This document shows positions 28,286 through 36,404 of a DNA stretch of 64,000 bases, in pieces. This DNA comes from an uncultured Legionellaceae bacterium (GTDB lineage: Bacteria > Pseudomonadota > Gammaproteobacteria > Legionellales > Legionellaceae). A program made the position numbers and the translations under genes. Position 1 is the first letter of the stretch; the number at the start of each line of letters is the position of its first letter. The DNA lies in the NCBI GenBank assembly GCA_964572685.1, contig CAZNFJ010000001.1, positions 7,838 through 71,837 on the forward strand, in the 5' to 3' direction. The notes under the pieces are model-generated. The model was not told where the DNA came from, made no database searches, and saw only the letters and a program-made list of their open reading frames with translations.

Positions 28286-29853
28286 GTAGTCGAATTCAGC
28301 GTCTATCATCAGATGTGGCCAGTCAAATTGCCGCTGGAGAGGTGATTGAAAGACCTATTTCTGTTGTTAAGGAATTACTAGAAAATGCTCTTGATGCCAA
28401 GGCTTCTCAAATTGATATTCAAATTTTGGAGGCAGGTTTTCATTCTATTAAAGTATCTGATAACGGTCATGGAATTTTTGAAGAAGATTTATTTTTAGCA
28501 TTAGAGCCGCATTGCACCAGTAAATGTAGCACCCTGGATGATTTATATGCTTTAAATACCAAGGGATTTCGAGGAGAGGCTTTGGCGAGCATGGCTTCTG
28601 TAGCACGTATTGATTTGTCTTCTCGTCCAGCTACTCAAATCCATGCCATGCGCGTGATTTATGAAGAGGGTCGACGTCAATTATTGCCCTGTGTCCGCGA
28701 TATCGGTACCACTATTGAAGTTAAAGATTTATTTTATAATGTTCCTGTTCGTAAAAAGTTTTTGAAAAGTCATGCTTTTGAGTGGTCGGCGATCGACGCC
28801 CTGGTAAAACGGTTTGCCATGTCTGCGCCTGATGTGCATATTCGTTTGATGCATAATCATGAATGGGTTCTAGATTTACCCAGTGCGCAAAGTTCTATAG
28901 AACATTATGCGAGAATTAAAAAGATCTGGGGGAAATCGTTTGAGCAAGCCCGTGAAATTGAAGTAGAACGTTGTGGCTTAAGTCTATCTGGATGGTTAGG
29001 AGATTTGGCAGAGCATCGTAGTCAAAATGATCGTTTATGGGTGTTTTTGAATGGACGTATCGTTCAAGATAAATTGATTCAACATGCTTTGAAACAAGTC
29101 TATATGTCTTATTTGCCAGTCGGTCGGCATCCTCAATGTGTATTGTATCTGCAAACACCTCCGGGGATGGTTGACATCAATGTACATCCAGCCAAACAAG
29201 AGGTACGTTTTGAACAACCTCGATTGATTTATGACTTTATCATGAGTGCCTTAAAACCTTATTGGCAGCAAGCTATTGCTGCCAATGAAAAGCAACTTAT
29301 TCCTGGTGGCACGACAGAGACTTCGATGCAAAATTCTATGTCGACAGTCCATACATCATGGACTATTTGTAATGCGGATTATATCGTCATTTCTAAAATT
29401 CCACACCAGTATCTTGTTCATGTAGAACAATGGTGGTTTTATCATTTGCATAAGCTTTTAAAGAATAAAGAGTCCACATTAGGAACTCGAATTTTGATGA
29501 TGCCTTATGTTCAAATGATTCATCGCTACAATGAAAAATTACTCATGGCAGCCATTGAACTATGCAAGGATTGGGCGATTGATATGCAGCTCTGGGGGGA
29601 AAATAGTATTTGTATCCGAAGCATTCCAGAAGCTTTGCCTCATTTTAATCTAAAAATATTTGCTCAGTTATTGAATCAATTAAGTAAATTAGATGATTTG
29701 AACATTGGCGCTATCGTTAAATGTTGCCCTTTTTCAGCTTATGATATGAGTTGGGATGAATATCAGGCTTTACAAGCGGATATGGACGAGGGCGCTTACT
29801 TAGATTATGCTCGCGTTTTAGATTTAGATGCTTGTCGGAAAATTTTCAAATGA
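28282..29853 (+). CDS. mutL: DNA mismatch repair protein MutL
   Basis: GHKL ATPase motifs (AAGEVIERPISVVKELLENALDA, DNGHGI, GFRGEALASM) and a C-terminal dimerisation region. Confidence 0.9.
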   Translation: MSSRIQRLSSDVASQIAAGEVIERPISVVKELLENALDAKASQIDIQILEAGFHSIKVSDNGHGIFEEDLFLALEPHCTSKCSTLDDLYALNTKGFRGEALASMASVARIDLSSRPATQIHAMRVIYEEGRRQLLPCVRDIGTTIEVKDLFYNVPVRKKFLKSHAFEWSAIDALVKRFAMSAPDVHIRLMHNHEWVLDLPSAQSSIEHYARIKKIWGKSFEQAREIEVERCGLSLSGWLGDLAEHRSQNDRLWVFLNGRIVQDKLIQHALKQVYMSYLPVGRHPQCVLYLQTPPGMVDINVHPAKQEVRFEQPRLIYDFIMSALKPYWQQAIAANEKQLIPGGTTETSMQNSMSTVHTSWTICNADYIVISKIPHQYLVHVEQWWFYHLHKLLKNKESTLGTRILMMPYVQMIHRYNEKLLMAAIELCKDWAIDMQLWGENSICIRSIPEALPHFNLKIFAQLLNQLSKLDDLNIGAIVKCCPFSAYDMSWDEYQALQADMDEGAYLDYARVLDLDACRKIFK

Positions 29854-30800
29854 AACCAGCTGTATTTTGTCTCATGGGACCTACCGCCATTGGTAAAACA
29901 GAATTGGCTTGCTTGTTAAGCGATGAATTTCCGTTTGAATTGGTTAATGTGGATTCGAGTTTGGTCTATCAGGAACTGAATATTGGGGCGGCAAAACCAG
30001 ATAGAGATCAATTGAATCGTTATCCGCATTATTTAGTCGATATTTGTGATCTTCAAACGGTCTATTCGGTGGCTCAATTTTGTGAAGATGTGCATCGAAT
30101 TTGCTATGAGATTTTGGCTCGCGGTCGCTATCCCTTGCTGGTTGGTGGTACCATGATGTATTTTCATGCTTTCCATCATGGATTAGCTAAATTACCAGAG
30201 GCATCACAGACCATTCGTGAAAAAGTAAATGCGTATGTTGCCGAACGAGGTTTACAAGCGATGTATGATGAACTGGTTGTTTTTGATCCGATATCTGCAG
30301 CACGTATACATCCGCATGATCAGCAGCGTCTCACACGTGCTTTTGAAATTTATTGGCAATCAGGTCAAACTTGGTCGAGTTTATTACAGGACACTCATTT
30401 TCAACAACCTTTTGATTGTCATCATTTGGCTTTGTTTCCAGAGCCTAGAAGTTGGTTACATGAACGCATTTCATTACGATTTCATCAAATGATAGATCAG
30501 GGGTTTATAGAAGAAGTACAATCTATTTTAAAAACCCCAAATGTAAATTTAGAACATCCAGCTCTGAGAAGTGTAGGTTATCGACAAGCGATTATGTATT
30601 TACAAGGCGAGTTGGATGCAGCATTGTGGCAGGAAAAAGCCATCGCTGCAACACGACAATTGGCAAAAAGACAAATGACCTGGCTTCGAAGTTTTGAAAA
30701 TCGAGTGGATTTTTTTCAACCCAGTGTAAACATTTTTAAAGAAATCGTAGCGTGTATTCAAAAAATATTGGATAATCAATCATCATCATTTTTGAAATGA
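29850..30800 (+). CDS. miaA: tRNA dimethylallyltransferase
   Basis: P-loop GPTAIGKT, DSSLVYQELNIGAAKP, and ATGA coupling to mutL. Confidence 0.9.
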   Translation: MKPAVFCLMGPTAIGKTELACLLSDEFPFELVNVDSSLVYQELNIGAAKPDRDQLNRYPHYLVDICDLQTVYSVAQFCEDVHRICYEILARGRYPLLVGGTMMYFHAFHHGLAKLPEASQTIREKVNAYVAERGLQAMYDELVVFDPISAARIHPHDQQRLTRAFEIYWQSGQTWSSLLQDTHFQQPFDCHHLALFPEPRSWLHERISLRFHQMIDQGFIEEVQSILKTPNVNLEHPALRSVGYRQAIMYLQGELDAALWQEKAIAATRQLAKRQMTWLRSFENRVDFFQPSVNIFKEIVACIQKILDNQSSSFLK

Positions 30801-30809
30801 GGTTTTTTT

Positions 30810-31019
30810 ATGGATACGCATCCAGTCACTGCTTGTCAACAAAAAAAAATAGAAGTTTATTTAAAAGATTTACCTTTGTGTTGCCCAACACCTCAAATGC
30901 AATTATGGAATGGGCATCCTAGAGTGTTTTTACCCATCGAAGAATCAGGCCACGAGACTTGCCCCTATTGTGGAACAGAATTTATTCTTGTGGACCATGA
31001 AGCACATCAAAAAGATTAA
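30810..31019 (+). CDS. Small zinc-finger (zf-CHCC-like) protein
   Basis: 69 aa with CCPTP....GHPRVFL...CPYCGTEF. This resembles the zf-CHCC domain (NDUFS6 C-terminal type) as I recall it. Confidence 0.55.
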   Translation: MDTHPVTACQQKKIEVYLKDLPLCCPTPQMQLWNGHPRVFLPIEESGHETCPYCGTEFILVDHEAHQKD

Positions 31020-32452
31020 TCCGTTTTTTCATCCGAGTCTGGAACATTTAATGTTGGTGCGGTTGCAGACTGGAGTAACATGACGCTATTGGTCAGCAAT
31101 ATTTTTTCTTGTTGCTTGCGCATCAAATACAATTGATAATTGATTTCAGCAAGCAATATGGCCGTTTCTTTTTGTACTCGAGCAGGTGAGGATTCATTAA
31201 TCATTTGTTGCCAAGGAACTGTATCCTGCTCGCCTGCAGAATTTAGATTATTGGGATTGGCCTTGGGGTTATATAATCGATAAGTTGCCATCTTAAATTC
31301 ATTTAAAGCCTGACTTGATGCCTGAGAAGAATCATCCTCTTCAGGATTGAGTTTTTTTCTGGCGCCCAAGATTTCATAAATATTTTGTATGCCAACAGAT
31401 ACCCGGGCTGCATAAACTCTCAAACCCAAGACATATTTACTCAAGTCGCGAAATGATTTTAGTTGGGTGGCAATATCTGGGGCATTTGAAATATTTTTTG
31501 TAATTTCTTCTAAATCCTCTTTACTCATGGGATCAGGTGGTAAAACACTACCGGTGACATATTTAATGTAGTTTTCTGCAGATTGCTCGGCATTATCAGC
31601 TTTTAATCCATTGCTTAATTCAGATGTTTGTGATGAGCTGTTATTAGATGTGGTGTTATCATACAGTAACGGAGTAGTGAGTAATGAACTATCGAGTTGG
31701 TTCATTAAATATACATTATTATTGATAACGTTTTCACCTTCTTGAGATTGTGGAAAAAAAAGCGAGTTGATATTGCTTGAAGCCAAAGTGTTTAACTTTG
31801 TATCAATCGAACACGCACCTGATGCCGCTTGTCCTTGTGATTTAACTAAATCATTGATATTTGGAAAAATACCCCATGAAGTAGCAAAAACCTTGGATTG
31901 AGTATAGGAGAATTTACAATTGGTATCCCAGTCTTGAGACTGACAATTTCCACGTTGTATATAGCAATAACTATCTGGGGTGATGCTGAGAATATTTTGT
32001 AAGGTTTGGGCAACAGGGCTTGGAAGAGATGGCGAACTATCTAATCGATTACCGGATTGATTGGGATTCTTATTGGCAAACACACGATTGGCTAAGCCGT
32101 TGATACCATCATAGACTGAATTCGCAATAAACGGATATTGATTAATAAAGTTATAATTAATAGATAATGTTGCAAATAAATATTGAACAACTGTAAATTC
32201 ATCTTTAATCGTTTGTGATGGGTTAATCAAATCCGAAGAAACTTTTGTGGTATCTGTGTGCTCGCCCCCAATCATAAAGCCCAAGGCAGCTCCTAAATTA
32301 TAAATATCGCTTTCAATTTGTTGTAAGATACTCATTTCTTCATTGGAATTATTTGAGCCTTCGCTGTAGGAGGGGGTTTCTTGAGCGAAAACCAAGGAGA
32401 GGGTAGTGGATAGTAAGCTAATAAAAGTGAGTTTTTTAATGATGGTTTTCAT
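31016..32452 (-). CDS. icmX: Dot/Icm T4BSS protein IcmX
   Basis: 478-aa secreted (signal peptide) protein immediately downstream of, and overlapping, icmW. Position and size match icmX of Legionella. The call rests mainly on synteny. Confidence 0.8.
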   Translation of the reverse strand: MKTIIKKLTFISLLSTTLSLVFAQETPSYSEGSNNSNEEMSILQQIESDIYNLGAALGFMIGGEHTDTTKVSSDLINPSQTIKDEFTVVQYLFATLSINYNFINQYPFIANSVYDGINGLANRVFANKNPNQSGNRLDSSPSLPSPVAQTLQNILSITPDSYCYIQRGNCQSQDWDTNCKFSYTQSKVFATSWGIFPNINDLVKSQGQAASGACSIDTKLNTLASSNINSLFFPQSQEGENVINNNVYLMNQLDSSLLTTPLLYDNTTSNNSSSQTSELSNGLKADNAEQSAENYIKYVTGSVLPPDPMSKEDLEEITKNISNAPDIATQLKSFRDLSKYVLGLRVYAARVSVGIQNIYEILGARKKLNPEEDDSSQASSQALNEFKMATYRLYNPKANPNNLNSAGEQDTVPWQQMINESSPARVQKETAILLAEINYQLYLMRKQQEKILLTNSVMLLQSATAPTLNVPDSDEKTD

Positions 32453-32904
32453 ACTTCAACCTCTAGTGCTTTAAGAATCAGACGTAAGCGTTGTGGTGAA
32501 AAGACTTTATGCATGAGCCTAAGTCTTTCAAAAGCCAAATTTCTTCGGATGAATGTTGATGCCATTGCATGACCAGAACTCGCAGCTGATTCAGCATAAC
32601 CAATGACTTTAGATGCACTACCCGGGTGTTTTTCATCAATGGCTTGTAACAACCGAAGTCCTCTACTGGTTTTGATGCTGGCAATAATTTGTATAAAAAT
32701 TTCTTCGTGTTTAAGCTGATTGATGTCAATATAATGTATTTCTTCTAATCGTTCGCCAAGATTTTTAAGGGCGATTTCTAATTCTGGATCACCATCTAAG
32801 GTACTGTTCTCTACACTTTCTAGAAAACATATGATGCGATAAATTGAAGGATCAGGAAATTGAAACCAATATTCACTGGAAGCTTGATGGCTCAGATCGG
32901 GCAT
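32449..32904 (-). CDS. icmW: Dot/Icm T4BSS chaperone/adaptor IcmW
   Basis: 151 aa. MPDLSH.AS..YWF...DP.IYR...F.ESVEN.TLDG.PELE and GRGLRLLQAID..HPGSAS blocks match my recollection of L. pneumophila IcmW. Divergent from icmV. Confidence 0.9.
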   Translation of the reverse strand: MPDLSHQASSEYWFQFPDPSIYRIICFLESVENSTLDGDPELEIALKNLGERLEEIHYIDINQLKHEEIFIQIIASIKTSRGLRLLQAIDEKHPGSASKVIGYAESAASSGHAMASTFIRRNLAFERLRLMHKVFSPQRLRLILKALEVEV

Positions 32905-33000
32905 ACAGGACCTTCTTGTTTAATCATTAAAAATTATTATATGATGACTTAGGATAATATGACGTAAATTTCTGCAATATGCAATCTTAAGGAGTGAATC

Positions 33001-33438
33001 ATGTTTATGTGGGTGAAAAAAGTAATTCGTGTGAGGGAGTGGTCGGATTATGATAGAAGTAAAGGTTTTTTGGAGTATGTAAAAAGTTTATTTACTAATT
33101 TATTTAGTTTAAGAAATTGGGATGAACATCCACCGAAAGAGTTTTCTAAAGTGGTTGAACAATACCATTTGCAAAAAGATGATTTGAATAAACGTGCTTT
33201 AATTTTTAAGCGTTTGAGCTTGATATTTTTGATGTTGTTTTTAGCAATTTGTGGATATGCAGGCTATATGTTCTATCTAGGGAGTCCATTCATTGGTTTT
33301 GTTGTGATTTGTATGAGTTTAATTGCGCTTTGTTTGGCTTTTCGTTATCATTTTTATCTCACATTGCTTCAACATAAACGCTTGAATCTTACATTGAGGG
33401 ATTGGGTTGAGCTTGTTTTTCAAAGGAAGTTGTCTTGA
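33001..33438 (+). CDS. icmV: Dot/Icm T4BSS inner-membrane protein IcmV
   Basis: 145 aa with two TM helices and an AFRYHF motif. Directly upstream of, and overlapping (TTGA), dotA, as in Legionella. Confidence 0.85.
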   Translation: MFMWVKKVIRVREWSDYDRSKGFLEYVKSLFTNLFSLRNWDEHPPKEFSKVVEQYHLQKDDLNKRALIFKRLSLIFLMLFLAICGYAGYMFYLGSPFIGFVVICMSLIALCLAFRYHFYLTLLQHKRLNLTLRDWVELVFQRKLS

Positions 33439-36314
33439 TTTTAATTGTATGTTTTTTTTTGTTGTGGAGTTTTCAAGCTGATGCTCAACAAGTACCACTT
33501 AGCACTGTTTTATCTTTTTCTCCTCCTCCAAGTGATCGCTCCATTCAATTTTTAGGTAATATTTTTGGTATTGTGGATGGGGTTTTAAGTGGGACAGGTA
33601 GCCAAATATTTGGCAATATGATGAGCGTTTTTAATGCCGCGGTGTTGGGTTTGGGTAGCATTGTGATTATGTATACCTTAATGATTGGTACAATGAATAC
33701 GGCTCATGAAGGAGAATTTTTAGGTAAAAAGTGGTCTTCTATTTGGATACCTGTACGTTGTAGCACGGGAATGTTACTCATTATGCCCAAAGCATCAGGT
33801 TACTGCTTGATGCAAATCATGATGATGTGGGTAGTGGTTCAAGGCGTGGGCGCTGCTGATAGAATTTGGTCATCTGCTTTGCAATATTTAAATCGTGGTG
33901 GAAAAATTGTACAGGCTCAGATGGGGTCTAAACAAATTTTAAATGCTTTTGTTGGAAAGCAAGATGCAAATTTTATTGGTGCATCTGCGATGTTAACGGG
34001 ACAAGTGTGTATGTATGCCACCCAAAAAGTTTTGGAGAAGGCTCAAACACACTATCAAATAATGGCTAATGATAATCAATCAGGTCCGTGTTTTAACCCT
34101 GTGGATGAAAATTGGCGGGCTTTTTGTCAATATCCGGTACCTTCTTTTTTAGAAACAGTTAATCCTGTTGATTACCAAAAATCTAAACAAACTTTACGTC
34201 GCGATACTCAGTATATGTTACCGATGCCTAATTTTGATTTTGAAGCTGTTCCTGGTGTTTATACACAATTGAATGGTTTATGTGGCGAACTTCATTGGAA
34301 TGATACTCGTAATTTGGACTTTAGTAGAGAGCATTTAAAAAATTTACTTTTTACCGAGGAACAAATTGATTCTTTTGGTTTGAGTCGTGCGATTGCAATG
34401 TCGCAAATGTATAGTCAATTAGCGATGGTTGCTATAGCCATGGTTGATAACAATCCTGAACTAAACTCGCATACACCGTTAGATAATCAGGTTTCATCGA
34501 TAGCTAACTTTCAGTATGGTGTTCCAAAAAATGAATTTGGCGAAACTTGTCAATATTTTCAAGATGATGAATCTTGTGCTTTATGGAATGCGGCAAAGGA
34601 CCAACTTCAAGCACCAGTATTACTTGCTGGTAATGAGTTTATCAATGCGATTGGTATTTATGAAGGACTCATGATGCCTATTTTGAATTTGATGAATGAA
34701 ATTAAAGATGAGGCGCATTTTAAAAAAATGCGTAATTTTATTGGTCAAACTCAGCAATCAGGTTGGATGTTTGCAGGGGCTTATTTTTTTAATTTAGTGA
34801 ATCTTACTGGACCTGTTAACAAAGTCAGTTTGATGAAAGATTTACATTCTGGAATGGACTCTAGCCACTTTTATCAAATACCTTCTTGTAAGAATACTTC
34901 ACAGGGCTTGTGTTGGTTTTTAAAACCGATGGGGTACATGTATCATTATGACTTGGTGGTTCTTGCCATGTTGCAAGGGTGGGGAAATAATCCGCAACAA
35001 GCCAATGATTGTGCCGAAACTTTAAGTTTCACTTCTCCGGGCGCTTTTCAATCCTCTAGTGGCTATGTTGAACCTCTTGGTCATTTTTCCTCAGGGGCAT
35101 GCGCCTCTACTGTTTTAGGGTTTATTGGGAATAGTTATTTTTTTCATTTGCCCGAACAGGCAGGTATGAAACCCATGACCTTGCCTGATTTTCCGATGAT
35201 GTTTGCAAAAATATTTCCTGATGGCGCTGCGCAAAAGTCTCAGGAACAATGCACCAATAAAATCCAGATTGCTGGTTGGAAATGGTGTATGAGTAGTGGT
35301 GGTCTTTGGGGCGTATTTAGTGATCTCATGGTCATGATTGCTAATTTTATCCAAAAAATGCTAGGCATTGCTATGAATATCTTAATTGTAATTCCTTTGA
35401 AGGTTTGTATTTGGCCACAAATGCAATATGCCATGCAGATTTTAACGCACCCATCTAGTAATCCGATTGTTGATTTAGCAAACATGGGCGCAAGTTTTAT
35501 TCAGTCGACATTGTATTCTTATCTTGGAATGTTGGCTATTAGTGGACTGGGTGCTTTTCCAATGATGGGAAGTGTCATTCTAATTTTGTTGGCATTTTTG
35601 ACGCCATTGTATGCTGCCTGGTTGTCTTATTTCGTTTCTATAGGTTTTACCACATGTTATTATATACCACTTCTGCCATATTTAATTTTTACCTTTGGCG
35701 TCATTGCCTGGTTATTTTCTGTGATTGAAGCAATGGTTGCCGCTCCAATTATGGCTTTAGGTATTACAACACCAGAAGGCGAAGGTATTTTAGGTAAAGG
35801 CGAACATGGTTTGATGCTTTTGGTGAATGTCTTTTTACGTCCATCTATGATGGTCATTGGTTTTATTGCCGGCGTGGCGCTTTCATATATCAGTATCTGG
35901 GTTTTAAATGCAGGATTTGATATTGCTGCTGGTTTTTTAAAGGTTAATGCCAGTGAGATGTCACAGGATATTTACGGTATTCATTGGTCTGAATTTCCTT
36001 TTGCGCAATTACTTGGATGTATGTTTTACGTGGTGATTTACATTAGTATTTATCTCACCATTATTCAAAAAACCTTCACACTTATTTTTCTGTTACCTGA
36101 TAAAGTATTGCGATGGATTGGTGGGCATCCTGAAAGTCTGGCCAGCGAAACCCAGCATTGGTTTCAAGAAGGTGCACAAAAACTCGATCAGTTCGGCAAA
36201 GTAACCGATAAAGGTATTGAAACCGGTTTAAATGATTTAAATAAAAAATTTGGAGAAGCGTTATTGGATCATCCAAAGAATTCAATTCAATCTGCGCCGC
36301 CTGTTAGCCCTTAG
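33435..36314 (+). CDS. dotA: Dot/Icm T4BSS polytopic membrane protein DotA (copy 1)
   Basis: 959 aa: signal/TM N-terminus, large central hydrophilic Cys-containing domain, polytopic C-terminus. Has the icmV-dotA operon position. TTG start coupled to the icmV stop, with RBS AAGGAAG. Confidence 0.85.
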   Translation: MILIVCFFLLWSFQADAQQVPLSTVLSFSPPPSDRSIQFLGNIFGIVDGVLSGTGSQIFGNMMSVFNAAVLGLGSIVIMYTLMIGTMNTAHEGEFLGKKWSSIWIPVRCSTGMLLIMPKASGYCLMQIMMMWVVVQGVGAADRIWSSALQYLNRGGKIVQAQMGSKQILNAFVGKQDANFIGASAMLTGQVCMYATQKVLEKAQTHYQIMANDNQSGPCFNPVDENWRAFCQYPVPSFLETVNPVDYQKSKQTLRRDTQYMLPMPNFDFEAVPGVYTQLNGLCGELHWNDTRNLDFSREHLKNLLFTEEQIDSFGLSRAIAMSQMYSQLAMVAIAMVDNNPELNSHTPLDNQVSSIANFQYGVPKNEFGETCQYFQDDESCALWNAAKDQLQAPVLLAGNEFINAIGIYEGLMMPILNLMNEIKDEAHFKKMRNFIGQTQQSGWMFAGAYFFNLVNLTGPVNKVSLMKDLHSGMDSSHFYQIPSCKNTSQGLCWFLKPMGYMYHYDLVVLAMLQGWGNNPQQANDCAETLSFTSPGAFQSSSGYVEPLGHFSSGACASTVLGFIGNSYFFHLPEQAGMKPMTLPDFPMMFAKIFPDGAAQKSQEQCTNKIQIAGWKWCMSSGGLWGVFSDLMVMIANFIQKMLGIAMNILIVIPLKVCIWPQMQYAMQILTHPSSNPIVDLANMGASFIQSTLYSYLGMLAISGLGAFPMMGSVILILLAFLTPLYAAWLSYFVSIGFTTCYYIPLLPYLIFTFGVIAWLFSVIEAMVAAPIMALGITTPEGEGILGKGEHGLMLLVNVFLRPSMMVIGFIAGVALSYISIWVLNAGFDIAAGFLKVNASEMSQDIYGIHWSEFPFAQLLGCMFYVVIYISIYLTIIQKTFTLIFLLPDKVLRWIGGHPESLASETQHWFQEGAQKLDQFGKVTDKGIETGLNDLNKKFGEALLDHPKNSIQSAPPVSP

Positions 36315-36404
36315 TGGGTTTTATTGCCAATTATATCAAGACTAGGTATACTTTTTTAATTGGCTGTATTTTATGGATTTTTTTTGTCTGGCTAGGAGAG
36401 CATC

